The notes below the pieces were generated by a model. The model was not told the origin of the DNA and did not search any database. It was given only the letters and a program-made list of their open reading frames with translations. This document shows positions 13,397 through 25,999 of a stretch of 64,000 bases of DNA, piece after piece. The stretch comes from Penicillus capitatus. Its lineage: Eukaryota; Plantae; Chlorophyta. The stretch covers positions 62,001 to 126,000 of the forward strand of contig OZ287699.1 of assembly GCA_965649825.1 (NCBI GenBank). The letters run 5' to 3'. A program made the position numbers and the translations under genes. Each line of letters opens with the position of its first letter. Position 1 is the stretch's first letter.

Positions 13397-13462
13397 CGTC
13401 TTCGGCAAATCGATTCCATTTCGCTCATCTCTTGTCGTCTGTCTCTGCGCCTGTATTGAACC

Positions 13463-13959
13463 ATGCCGGTGTTGGACGTGCCCAAGTACCCCGTTATCGA
13501 CCGAGCCCCAGGGATCGTTAAGACCGGTGCGGTCCAATCGCTACAAACGCCGCCGCCGCCGTAGTGGCGGTGTTTTCGCAGTGCGTCACTTTCGTCCATC
13601 GGACTACGTCAGCTGGGCGGCTCTGGCCCTTCCCGCTTTCCCCGCTGGATATTACTTCGGTACCGGCCACTTCCTTCTCTGCCACCCATCCACCCACGTT
13701 GCGATACGCGTGTCTGTGGCGATACAGGATTCAACACGCCTCTGCCCAAGCAGCACATGTATTTCTTCGGATCCATAGGTGTTGTGGCTGGTTTCATGTA
13801 CGCCTGTCAGAACTCCTTCGGTCTGTTCCTTGTCTCCAGCCATTGATGTGACAGTCCGACACATCTGCAAGTGTAGGTCGATTGATGGGCCTCTTGCCGA
13901 ACGATGTCGAATTGGAAGCGGCGGGAATGAAGAAACGTGAACCTTGCCTCGACAGCTAA
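13463..13959 (+). CDS. Complex I 21 kDa / NUXM-like subunit
   Basis: Four exons spliced by hand: [16 protein letters not shown]...DYVSW...GYYFG|...[11 protein letters not shown]|RLMGLLPND, recalling plant GFMYAYQNSAGRLMGFFPN. Confidence 0.8.
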
Positions 13960-14253
13960 ATCATTCAGTGTCAATGTACATTGAATATTTAATCAAGGGT
14001 AGGAACGTTTCATCTAATGAAGCGATGGCGGTGGTAAACCCTTATGGCATATCTCTTTCTTAAAACGGTCGCTGCCAATCCGTGTGCAAACTTAAGGCAG
14101 TACTTGTGTACGCAGCAGCAGGTCCTTCCTATTCTATCACAACCGAAGCAGTATGACTGACTACCACACTGAACTACAACACGATGCTTCTTAAGAACCA
14201 ATAATCTTGGTCTGCTGGGAATCTTGATCAATGTATACGAAATAAAGCAAATT

Positions 14254-15603
14254 CTACAGGAAGAGGCGAAGGATGTCTGTGATGGTGATGATCCCTTTCG
14301 GACGGCCATCGTGATCCTTGACATAGACACGGTGGTGAGCATTCTGGACGATGTGTTCAATGGCTTCCCGCAATGTCGATTCGGGATAGATGGCATCTGC
14401 AGGTGGATAGTTCACATTGTCCTCTGCAGAACACACATGTGTCTTCATGGAGCGTATGGAGTGAAGCGAGGGTGCCCACCTCCTGAGAGACCCCAATCTT
14501 CTAGGAATGCTTCCCCTTCGACCGATGTCTGATTGCTGAGAGCCTGTTTCTTGCGTAAGTATGTGAGGACAGGGAGAGAGAGCAGTGGGAAGTGTTTGGT
14601 GTGGATGCCGCGGAGATCGGATGCCGAAAAATTAGCGACAAGGATACCTCCGTTACGGTTATCCACGACGCCCACACTCGTCACATGGAAAGCAAACATC
14701 GATGCAAAGGCATGAACAGCCGTCATATCGACAGGCACACAAACGACGGGCTTCTCAGCCAAATGCAGTTCGGCGACGGACAGAGAGAGAATGTCTTCAA
14801 AGAGATGCTTATGTCTCTCCAGCAGCTTCAGAACGTCGCTCTGACTGACGATGTTCTGCACATGAAGCGGCCTAGTCACCTCGACGTTGAGCTCGGAGCA
14901 GCTCTCGCTCGCCTCGGTCCACTGCAATCGTTCAGCTTCGTTCAGTGTCTCCGATGAGCTGCTTCGATGACAATCGCCAAAATCAAACACGGCAATGCGA
15001 TGGCAAACATCCTTAAGACCTTTACCATGCGTACGAGAGAATCCATATCGCACCAAATCGTACAGAGAATGCGATTCGTTTGCCTAGAGGCATCGCGCAT
15101 CTACACGATCTGAATCCATACCATCCATCTCTCTCACCTTGTAGATCAGTTCTCCGTCCTCGAGGGACGATAGAACAGAGAGCGTCTCTGTCTGGATGCT
15201 GTCTCCCAGCTTCTTTAAGCGATAGGAAAGTTCTTCGTGCTGCATGTTCTTCAGATCTATGGCTTGCATGACCTGATGCACAGACAGACCCACACGTATA
15301 CAGCTGTCCACAACTGACCCTTCAATCTACTTGGCGAAGGATGTCCCAACGATCGACGAATCCATAATACTCCCCTTTCTTACTGTCAAAGAGCGGCGCC
15401 GAAAGAATCCTGCACTGGTCTAACCTGCGACACATGCATCCACAGGGATGCGTTTGAACGGAGAGGAAGCATGAGTGGTGGAGGAACCGTAGCAATGCTT
15501 CCCCTATCGTAGTATCGACGTCAAAGGTCACGACTTGTCTCGGTGGGCGCAGTTGAAGAAAGGCACCCAGAGATAGCTCTGTGGCAGGAACAGGCGTGTT
15601 CAT
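14254..15603 (-). CDS. Multi-CBS-domain protein (SNF4/KING-like)
   Basis: VVTFDVDTTIGEAL..LDQCRILSAPLFD..YYGFVD; VVDNRNGGILVANFSASDLRG; HRVYVKDHDGRPKGIITITDILR. Confidence 0.85.
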
Positions 15604-15860
15604 GATGGAAGTAGAGTGCGATGGTCATCTTGTTTTTACCGTTGAGAAAATCTTTGACTCTGTCTGTTCCTCGCTTGATGGCGCTCATGCTGCGTTTCCC
15701 TGGTGAGAGGATGTCTTTTCCAGATTTACGCTTTGTTGACATGGCGCCGGTCTGTTATTTGAAACGACTGCGATGACTAGGGATCCAATGGAACAATTAA
15801 TAACCGACGGTATCGCGAAGAGACGGTCGCGTCGTGTGAAGAGGCAATGAGCTTTGATGA

Positions 15861-17640
15861 CTAATCCGCGCGCGTGGCGATGACATGCAGGCGAATCAGA
15901 TGCTGTTTTCCATGGAGACTCCTTCGGGCGACCTGCAGCTCGAGGCTTGTACCAATATGCCTTCCCAACTCCTCGATCAGAGCACCCGTTGTCACATCCT
16001 TGCCACTCCCTAAGCAGGCCATCCTCACAGAGAGGATCGCAGTGGACGTATGAATGACCTTGGAATCCAACGATCACATCACCCGGTTGAAATCCTGCCC
16101 GTTCAGCTGGTGACCCCTTCGCCACTTCTGGGACCAGGATACCGCTGTCGACATCGGGAAACTGCGATGACGTTTTCTTCAGCTGCGCTAAGCACATCCA
16201 GAGAGCTCCTTAGTGTCCGCCACGATTCTTTCGCTGTCCCATCACCTGCGATCGACGGATTGAGTTGAAGCATCTTGATCCCTAGGTATGGACGATTGAC
16301 TCTTCCCTGCAGCGTCAACTGCGTGATCACCTGCCACCAGAGAAACGACACGTGGGATAGGAGAAGGCACAGGGCAATAGTGTCCACCTGTTTCGCAGTG
16401 TCGACAGGAATGGCAAACGATACACCGTCTGCTGCCAAGACGCTCATGTTGTTGATGCCGATCACCTCTCCTTTGATATTGATCAGGGGTCCGCCAGAAT
16501 TGCCCTGTCATCATCATTCTCCCATTAATGGCTGCAGGAGGATGCGGTATGAGAGTGTATGACGTGGTTGATGGCGGCATCCGTTTGGATGTAGTCCACT
16601 CCATTGCTCCCTGCCAGTCCCAGTTCCTTCGATTTTCGATCCGTGCAGCTGATGATCCCAGCAGTGACGGAATTGCGCAGATGCAGTGGACTGCCTAGCG
16701 CGATGACAAATTCGCCCACCCTCAACGATTTTGACGTTCCCAGTTTTGCAGCAGGCAGTCTTTCGTCCGAATCGACACGGAGCAGTGCCAAATCCGATGT
16801 CCTGAACACAGACACCGTCTATCTCTCCATTCCCCTTCGTGCACCTACTTATCAAAATTGACGACTTTCCCGTCGAACACCCGTCCATCTTGAAGCGACA
16901 CGACTAATGTACAACGCCGAACTGTGCGTTCCGTCGAGATCGCCTCGGAAACGACATGATAGTTCGTCAAAATCAATCCGTCTTCATCAAACACGACGCC
17001 CGATCCGCTCGATCTGTATGAAAGAAGAGCGATGCGATCGACAACACGATGCATCGACGTCGTGGATCGAACACCTGTCTTGGAATCGACCGAACCAGTC
17101 TGGATACGGTTCGTTCTCTCGTTCATGATGCAGCGTGATGTTGACAACGGCGGGAGCCACTCTGTCAGCGGCGTCCGCTATAAAGTAAGGAGAGAGAAAC
17201 CCGCTGCCCATATCCGCACTTGTGAGATCAAAACTGGGCGCATCTGAAATGCAGATTCGGAAACTGTTGTTGATCTCGGAAGCAACCACAAACTTCGGAC
17301 AGATGGCGCTGCGGTGACCAAAGGCTCTGATTTTGTCTCGCGATTCGCCCAGGGCATTGCCCTTTCTCGACCCATCTGCCATGTCTCGGCCTGTCTCCTG
17401 TCATTGACAACTGCTCTGCTGGGATCGTGGCGATGAAATGCGCACGGACCAGTAGTGCCGTGTAGCAACCGTCGCCAAAACGCCTCCAGCTGCACCTCCG
17501 AGGACAAACGTCAAGACACGACCCCATGACATCTTTGCGGTTAATGCTCAATGCCGTGTTTAATGGAACAGAGATAACGCCGTTTTGCCGATCTGAAACG
17601 TGCGAAGCCAGCTGCCTACCGTCTCGCCGAAGCGTCTCCA
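15861..17640 (-). CDS. HtrA/Deg serine protease with PDZ domain (DEG14/HtrA2-like)
   Basis: [58 protein letters not shown]|[31 protein letters not shown]. Start uncertain. Confidence 0.9.
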
Positions 17641-18067
17641 TCGAGCGCGATGTGTCGAATCAGCTAATACTGTTATGCTTACATTCCTCCATCGGTTACA
17701 ATGTGTATCTTTATCAGCAAGTGGATGATAACGATGCGTGTGGTGATCTGACGGAAAATCCCTGTTGCGGTGATCAGGCACAAGCAGTTTGTCGACTATA
17801 GACGCGCTGAATTTGCGGTTTCTCAGGCGTCGTCCTTCTTTCGACGTCCTTACATCGTGGTATTGGACAAGGGCGCTAAAGGTGATCGACGGATTCATCA
17901 GATGTGTAATCTGTTCAGAGATAAAGATAAAACCTTTGAGTTTCCATTAAAATTGTGTCCAGAATGGTTAAGGCGATATCCATTTTTTGTACAAGCTTCA
18001 TTAGTTCTCCATTCTGAACAATTTTGTACGGTACATCGTCGCTTCCTCCCTTTTAAGTATCTCCTTT

Positions 18068-19824
18068 TCAGTGCACCAAGAATTCAAGGAAATCGTCGGC
18101 AATTTGGTAGGTTTGATACTTCACCGTCCGCATACACCGTTCAAAGATGGACATGAATGATAGATATAAGCCAACACTCCAGAATGGTGCAGATCCTGCC
18201 AAGACTGGGAAGACGACGATAGCCATAAAGGCATTCAATGACGCATTGTAGAAGAAAGGCTTAAAGGCAGGGTGCAATGACGGCTGGACACCACCCCCAG
18301 GGATAGACTCCTTTGCCGATTCAAGCGCTTGTACAAGGAACACTGGAAAAAGCGATAAGCCATCGTGCCGTACGAAAGAAGGCATACTTGAATAGAGAAG
18401 CCATACGGAGAAGGAGATCGTCGATGATCCTCCTAGCAGAGCCACTGTGAATGAGTGCAGGATTCCAGTACAGATCAGTGTCAAAGAGAGGACAATGGTC
18501 GAAGACGGTTGCTTTCTCTTCAAGAAAGTGGACGAAAACGCATAACGCATAGTCAGCCACCACACACTGCATCCCAGCAGGAAGATAACTACACGGCCAC
18601 AACGACACGGTGAGCAGAAGAGAGATGCATCGGCGGCATACATTGCTCCTCCACCCAACACCACAGCATGCCAAGAAACGAGTGGATGCTCCATGAGAAG
18701 AATCTGGTATCACACTGGAGTCCCCAGTCCTGCCATCTGCCAAAGCGAGCTGCACAGACAGCCAGTGTCACGTTCATGACGAGCATGCCGTAGGACATGT
18801 TGTCGGTCGCCTGCAGCCACATGTCCTTCTTCGCCTTGCGCCACGCCATCCAATGCGTCACGTTCTTCAGAGTGCCAACGTCAGCAGAGATCCCCTCAGT
18901 TGCAGCGATCACGGCAGACAACGGCTCGTGCGTCTTCCGTAGTGTCTCCGTGAGTTCCTGGAGCTGTCCACAGAGTCTGTCTGTGTCTGTTCTGTGCACA
19001 GCCTTCCGGTTCACAATTTTCGCGGAGCGATCTTGCTGTGAAGATGAGACGGTAATATCACTCTTTGCCTTACGCAGCTTCGAATGTGGCGTTTCACATT
19101 TTTCGTCAGATTGAGCAGATGATTGTCCATCGGCTTCTTCCATCGTCGACGTTTGCCAGAAAGTGCAATCGCTGTCTGCCTCCGTCCCATCTTCTTCGTC
19201 GTCTTTATCGTCTTCTGTCTCTTCGACATTTTGTTGGGTGTCATCCAGATGGAGGGCATCAATGCCGGCTCGCGTCGTTTCTTGGGTATCGGATGACCGA
19301 TCCTCTGTAGATGCGGTATTTTCTCCAGCGGTTGACAATAAATCCGAGGTCAAAGTCGAGCGATGGACAGTCGGCGCTCTGCATTTTCGAAAGGGCACTG
19401 TAAAGCTGAATCCCAGCAGCACACCAAAACAGAAGGCAGCGATCGTACAAACGAGAATCGTTCTGTTCTTCGTATACGCACCGAGCAGCGAGCGCTCTGA
19501 CGTTGCCGTCATTCTCGCCAAGAAGAAGTCTCCAAAAGAGAGCAGCGGTTCATAGTTTCGCTGTAAACATTGCGGTTTGTCGCCTTCGGTGAGCGTCGCG
19601 CGCGAATCCGCCTGCTCCTCTTGATGTGTCTCTTTCTCCTCTTCGTTGTAGTTACTGAACCGTCTTTTCTGGTCAGGCCTTTCTGCGCGGGCCGCTGTCT
19701 CTTCGTTGTAGTCACTGAACCGTCTTTGTTGGTAGCGCCTGTCTGTGCGGCCCGTTGTAAAAAACAGAACGATCAAGAAGAGCATCCACAGATGCAGTAA
19801 CGCCTTCATGATCTCGAAAAGCAA
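18068..19824 (-). CDS. Membrane protein with acidic/coiled-coil middle and C-terminal TM cluster; weakly CPR5-like
   Basis: 411 aa ORF plus downstream hydrophobic exons (TIVLSLTLICTGILHSFTVALLGGSS). A near-identical partial copy at 30.8-31.3 kb. CPR5 label is recollection only. Confidence 0.55.
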
Positions 19825-19899
19825 AGGCGCGAAGCTGTCACAACAAACAACAGAACGGAAACTCTGTCCCGTATGACGGAACGAACGTACATACCACTC

Positions 19900-21503
19900 A
19901 TGTCAGTCGGATGGCGTTTGACAAAACGCCCTCTTGCTTGTCGAGTCCACCGCCGTAACCGATTCCGCTCCGTGTCCATGAGCTGCCGTTGAGTAGACGA
20001 TGCCAGACGACATCGCCTCACGCGTTGACGTGTGGTTGTTGCCGTCGCAGATCGACGAGAGCGACTTGTGTTGCGGAAGCCAGATGACTATCATCTGCAC
20101 GTGCGGGATGGAAAGATGATGGAACTGGTCGTGCCGATGTCGTCCAAGATCTTCCATCGCTGTATCATCATGCCGAATACACTCCCACCCATCACCACCA
20201 TTGAAATGGCATGTCCAGCCCCGTTGATCTTACGCTTAACCCTTGTGGACTGCATCTCGTCAGGCAGAAAGTTACAGAGAGAGAATCCAAAAAGCAGCGA
20301 GAGACCAGCTTTCGTTCAGCCCGCTTATGACACTGTACTTAACGGACAACACGACGGAGGAGATGGTTCAGCGTGTTCACGAATCTGAGCACGTTTTTGC
20401 TTTCAAGCTATACCCTGCTGGTATGCGTGAGTCTGGTGGAGCATTCCACGAAGACGTAAAGCTGACAGGGGCGACAACGAATTCGCAGAGTGGAGTGACG
20501 GATGTGTGGAAGATGCTGCCAGTTTTCAAGACCATGGCAGACCTAGGCGTGCCGTTGCTGGTCCACGGAGAAGTCACAGATGCCAGTATCGATGTCTTTG
20601 ACAGAGAGGCAGTCTTCATACAACGCATCATGGTCCGCTGCATACCACCCTGTTCTTCAAAACGGCATCCCTTGTTGTGTCAGGTGCCTCTCTTGGATCG
20701 AGTGCCAAAGTTGAAGGTGGTCATGGAACACATCACGACAAAAAATGCAGTACGCGTATGTGCTGCTGTCTAATGGAATCGCTGAGTTCATATTTTTGCA
20801 TGTGGATTTTGTGTTTTCCACGCCTTCGAATGTGGCAGCCACCATCACTCCACAGCACATGACGATGAACAGGAACGATCTCTTCAAGGTGTATTGCGCT
20901 CTCCGAGTCTGAAACAGGTGATGGAGTGCGTGTATTCTTTAGGGCGGTCTGCGGCCGCATCACTACTGCCTCCCTGTTCTGAAACGCGAAAAACATCGTC
21001 CGGTGATTTTTCAGCATCGCACGCGGAAAGACTATTCTTTGCAGGAGACGCGGTGAAGAAGGCTGCCGTGAGTGGCAATCCAAAGTTCTTCTTGGGGACA
21101 GACAGCGCACCGCATTCCATCGACATGAAGGTGAAAGATGCTCATGGTAAAGAGAACAGAAGACAGAGGGACGACACGGTTGTCGTAGGAATCGAGCTGT
21201 GGATGCGCGGGCATTTTCAGTGCCCCTGTCGCGTTGTCCGTCTATGCTGAGGCATTTGAAGAGGTTATGCCAGTATTGCTGACGATGTAGGAACCTGTTC
21301 ATCCGTAGGCGGATGCCCTTGACAAGCTGGAGGCATTCTGCAGTGTGCACGGCGCAAGGTTCTATGGACTGAACCCATCTGAGGATCGCGTCGAATTGAT
21401 CAAGGAGAAGTGGACAGTGCCAGATGCGTATTCTTGTCAAGACATTTCCATTGTCCCTCTGAGGGCTGGACAGACACTAGCCTGGAAGATTGACGACAAA
21501 TGA
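19900..21503 (+). CDS. pyrC: Dihydroorotase, type II (PyrC/PYR4-like)
   Basis: [61 protein letters not shown]; Arg/Ser-rich N-terminal targeting-like exon. Confidence 0.95.
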
Positions 21504-21848
21504 AATGCTCTATACATTCACGTATACGTGCACAGCGCCGACGGATTTGATAAGCTTCATTTCGCTGGCGAGATGGAAAGTCGGGGAAAGGCGGCCAATC
21601 ACGTAGTCTCCGACAATGCGCTACGACGCATATGTGGTTGACTCGAACACGCGTGCGAATCGCGCCGCCACACCTGCAATGTAGTGTTTCATTGACCTCA
21701 GTGCATATCATCATCGTGTCTCAGCAAAGCAAGAATGTCAAGAGTACTTGACACCAAAGATTTTAATCGTATGTACGCAAGCATTAAACAATTGAAATCG
21801 AAGACGTCTGCCACAACGCAATCGTACGTCAAAGGAGACCGGAGAATG

Positions 21849-22949
21849 TTATGTCGTGACGACCGTCATGCGACGTTCCATCGACTTGAGTACGCCTTCA
21901 ACCAGTGTGTTGTCGACGCTGCGCATGTAGCAGTGGAACTGGTCATCGCCTGACATGAAGATGCAGCTGGGACTTCCGACGAAACTGCCACCGTAGTGCA
22001 CCCAGCCAGAAGTTCTCCGAACGTAGAGCAATCCCACGGACTGGTAATCCCTTTGCAGACCTCGCATCTCATCCAGGGCAAAGCAATCGAGGCTCCTCGA
22101 ATCGGAACTGGCGCAGACAGGTTCCGACGTCAACTTGCCACCATAAGTCCCAAAGATGTCGACCATGTCTTGCCTGGAAGAACTGAGACCTCTGGGCAGC
22201 GGTATGACACCGACCATGTAGACATTGACGCGCCCCCTGCCTCGCTGTCCAACATGAAACCAGAATCGCGTATCGGGTAAGCCTGTGTCCATGAACAGCT
22301 TCTCTGACAGACGGCCATCGTCTACTGCCCAGCAATGAATCCTGTGAGCGACTTTGTTGAGCACGCAGCTCACCGGTCCAGATGGATTGTCGGCGACGTG
22401 GGCATGGCTTCCCCATTTGCCATCTTCGAATCTGAAGGTGTACATGCCTCCATTTGTTCCTCTTTTGATGCAGAAGATGGTGTCATCTTCGACCATTGTC
22501 ACACAGCCAGGAGCTTCGAGGAAGGTGCCGAAATCCAGTGTCGTTGCTTTCTTGTCGAATTCAGTCTTCGTGTTGACGGCAACGACGACGAGTTCATTCT
22601 CTGGCGTTAGGAACAGGGCGAAAACACCGTCTCTGTCATATCCTACTGTCTGCGGCTGACCCGCGACAGATCCGCCGAAATTTTCGATCGATGCATGGCC
22701 ATCAACGACATTGGCGTAACCGACGGTTTTGTTTGGCGTTACGAAAAAGCAGTGCGTCCCATGGCCGTCTCTCGACAGACAGCTAGGACTCGATGCCACT
22801 TCGCCTCCCAAATCTGCGAAGTTGACGCTCTGCTGAAGATGTCGAGCCAAGTTGCGGTCGATTCGATAAGGGCCACTCGGAGGGAAAATTCCGGCTTCGC
22901 AACTGGCGAAGAGCGCTGCGCAGAGAATCGAGAAAAACAGACGACTCAT
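21849..22949 (-). CDS. Secreted beta-propeller repeat protein, lectin-like (PLL/DUF346-type repeats), intronless, copy 1
   Basis: Signal-like MSRLFFSILCAALFASCEA; about 6 repeats of GGx(L/V)xSxPxC-x8-C(F/Y); a single uninterrupted ORF. Confidence 0.65.
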   Translation of the reverse strand: MSRLFFSILCAALFASCEAGIFPPSGPYRIDRNLARHLQQSVNFADLGGEVASSPSCLSRDGHGTHCFFVTPNKTVGYANVVDGHASIENFGGSVAGQPQTVGYDRDGVFALFLTPENELVVVAVNTKTEFDKKATTLDFGTFLEAPGCVTMVEDDTIFCIKRGTNGGMYTFRFEDGKWGSHAHVADNPSGPVSCVLNKVAHRIHCWAVDDGRLSEKLFMDTGLPDTRFWFHVGQRGRGRVNVYMVGVIPLPRGLSSSRQDMVDIFGTYGGKLTSEPVCASSDSRSLDCFALDEMRGLQRDYQSVGLLYVRRTSGWVHYGGSFVGSPSCIFMSGDDQFHCYMRSVDNTLVEGVLKSMERRMTVVTT

Positions 22950-24411
22950 CAAAACACACGTGAAGAAGAGAACGTGAGATTCCGAATTGCCCAAAGGGAT
23001 TCTCGGTGGGCTTTAATAAGTCATGATTGGAACGGATTCTTGGTTACGTCATTTTACATCAGCCGACGTTATCTTTCGTCATCTATTGTCATCGAATCTC
23101 ACTTTGACTGTTCGATCGCTCGATTGATGTTAAAGCCTATCATTTAACTTTCGTGTGCCTGGCGATGGTTGGGTGTTGTTTTTGACAATCGTTCTCGCGA
23201 CGCCGGACAATGTTTATTCGTTGTTCAAAATGCAAAACCACGTTTAAAGAAGAACACTCTGACAGGAGTAGGATCATAATCTCTAAGAAAGGGCTCTCTT
23301 TCGTATCTCTCTTCGCTGATCGATCACTCGTTATGTGAAAAATAAAGGCTTCTGGTGCGCCGGCGGGTAAAGTCTGTTTAAGTTGTCGGAATGTTCGATG
23401 AACAGATGCATGTTTCTTGACAGATATGTGATATCTCTCAGTGGATTAGCACTGTCAATCATGTCAAAGTCTTGCAAAGTCCTGTTCACTCATCGTTTGC
23501 ACGCTGCGTATCGTGAAATCCATTATCCGAAATGTTACTCACATTCGATGGTGAGATTTGCGTTTCTCGTATGTTATGCGCTCTGTCGAGCCAAAGTGGA
23601 CTGGATGCTGCGCATCTGAGAATGCATCGTTCTCAGTTCTTCAACATCCGCTTCAGGAGCCAAGCAAACGCGAATCTCCAGATTAAATGAGAGAACATGG
23701 CTCGATTCCCGTCTCCGTATGTGCCACACTGTCTGAGATTGTTTATGGAAGAATTGCAGCTCTATCCATTACCAGAGGAGCAGATGGGCTTGTAGAATGA
23801 ATTCGTTCAGCCATCCGAAGTTGAGAACTTGTCCATGTGGAGCGCATGTTCACCCGGCCATCAGTGTTCGAATCAAACTACAGCATCTCTTACTTGCATG
23901 CAATCCAGCACGTCTTGCAGCTTTACAGTCATCCAGATCCGCCAAGTCGAGAGAGGAGTGCGTGTCAAGAAATGGAGAAGCGGATCTCTGCGAAGGAGTA
24001 AAAATCACACTTAAAGCGCTATAGTCCACGCAAAGGAGACGACAATACAGGTTTTACTTTAATGCAGATGATGCTGATATTACGTACCACAAATACCAAG
24101 TTACGTCTAGAGTTCGGATTCTGTCCAGGGTGTTTTGGTTTCTTCCGACAGTTTGCTCAACTCTAAGATCATCGAGCATATACTTTCTGCATGACTTTTT
24201 TCTGATGAGACGTTTGTGGCGCGTCTTCTGTAACCGACAGAGTTACAACCGACACTGCTCCTCTTTACGAAAAAAGGTCGCGAAGCTGCTCAGTCGTATG
24301 CAAGATTCTTTAATCAGTACCGTCCGAGAAAAATTCTGGAGTTTCGTTCTGTGGCTTATTCTTTAGCTTTGGAATCCCTGTTCTTCGAGTTTGCGGAATC
24401 TAACTCAGCGA

Positions 24412-25964
24412 ATGAACTCCACAAAGACTACAAGTAGGCAACGACTCATTTCCAGAAGCATTTTATCACTTTTTGATTTCTCCGAGGCGGAAGCGGTTCA
24501 AATAACTGTACACCATACACTTACACTCTTCAGACAAGAAATCTGTCTGGTCGATACGAAGTGAGCAAATACATGCTTTCAGAGCATCGTAATCACATGC
24601 GTGGCCCAAGTGTAATCTCCACAGGTCTTTCTTAAAGTCCGGCAAGAATGAATTTGTGACAGATCCGTTCACCATGGCCAACAGTCGATGGTAACTTGCT
24701 CCATAGCTAACGCGCCGATATCCTTCGAATTTATCTGCTAGGCAGCTCAGAGTGGATAACATGGATGGACATCTCAGCGTGTATCTAGTGTCAAATAACC
24801 ATGAAAGTGTGGATACTTGTTTTCTTGTTAAAATCGTCAACCACTCAGATTCGACAAAAAGCGAACGAACAGGTTGTTATTTCAAATACAGTGTTGTTTT
24901 TCCTTAAGTACATGGCCTTTCAGATTGTCGGAGATCGTTCGAGCCGCGATCTGCATATGGCTGTCCCAAAATGTTGCCAATCGACAAAGTCATGGATGTG
25001 GATGCTGGCTATCTTCTCAGAAATCACTTTTCTGTTGTGGTGAACATTGCTTGCATTCTTCCAGAAAACGAGGTTCTTAGTATCACCACCCACGGGAACC
25101 CACTTGTTATCACAGTAACACAACAGAATGTCCAGAGTTTCTCCATGACAGAGATTTTATATAGTGGCAGCTGCGGCATCTGAAGGAGTTGGGCGATGTC
25201 AGATTGTTTTCCAAAAAGATTGATGTGGCAAACGCGTTGTGGTCCGATCACCTTGCCTCGCATGTTCGAAAATCATATCGTGAAGCTATGGTCTATGTAG
25301 GAGTCTGAACTTGAATACGAAAAAAAGTGTATTTACAAACTGGAAAGACGGCTGCAGTGTCTTCTTGTATCGCGAGATCGGACCTGACATCAAATGCACA
25401 ATCAGGTTCTCTGTGATCAACCGTCGCAGCGAGGAAAGGAACATCACAAAGGGTCTGTTTCTTTTCTGTCTCTAAATGTACTCAAAAAGTGATGATAGAG
25501 TTGAGGAACACGTCTACATCGAGATCCAGGTCGTGGGGTTGGTATGATGTTGCCAAACCAGAAGTGCTCTGTAATCCAGCAGATGGATTCATTGAGGACG
25601 ACTGGCTCACCTTCGTTGCACACATGTGGATAAATGAAGTTCCCAAACAACAGACGACCAGAGTAGGCGAACCTCTACATCTAACAACCACAAACCACAA
25701 AGTGCCTCCTCGCAGACGCTACCAAAATGGGATATTGAAGGAAAGTGCGTTGTTTGTCTTACCAATGAACAGACTTCTGGATTCGTACATGGAGAAAGGT
25801 GAATGTCTCAATTGCATCTGCCTGCCCTTTTCTGACAAGAAGACTGTCTTCTTAGTTCTCATAAGTGTGTCTGCGCCGACTGTTGTAGGCTGCTCCGCGA
25901 CAGAGGATCCACATGCCCGGTCTGTCAAGCCGACGTAGATAGTATAATCATCAACTACTACTAA
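24412..25964 (+). CDS. MATH-MATH-RING (C2H2C4) protein, copy 1
   Basis: EFVTDPFTMANSRW|QLRVDNMDGHLSVYL, YGCPKMLPIDKVMDVDAGYLL, WGWYDVAKPEVLCNPADGFIEDD, CVVCLTNEQTSGFVHGE|SSHKCVCADC...CPVC; exon-level similarity to 55810-57347. Confidence 0.8.
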
Positions 25965-25999
25965 GAAAACGAGGACTCACTTTAATACCTATCATTTTC

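Noticed and set aside
24466-24840. Minus ORF with faint BTB-like look
   Set aside because: It is antisense to the clear MATH exons on the + strand.
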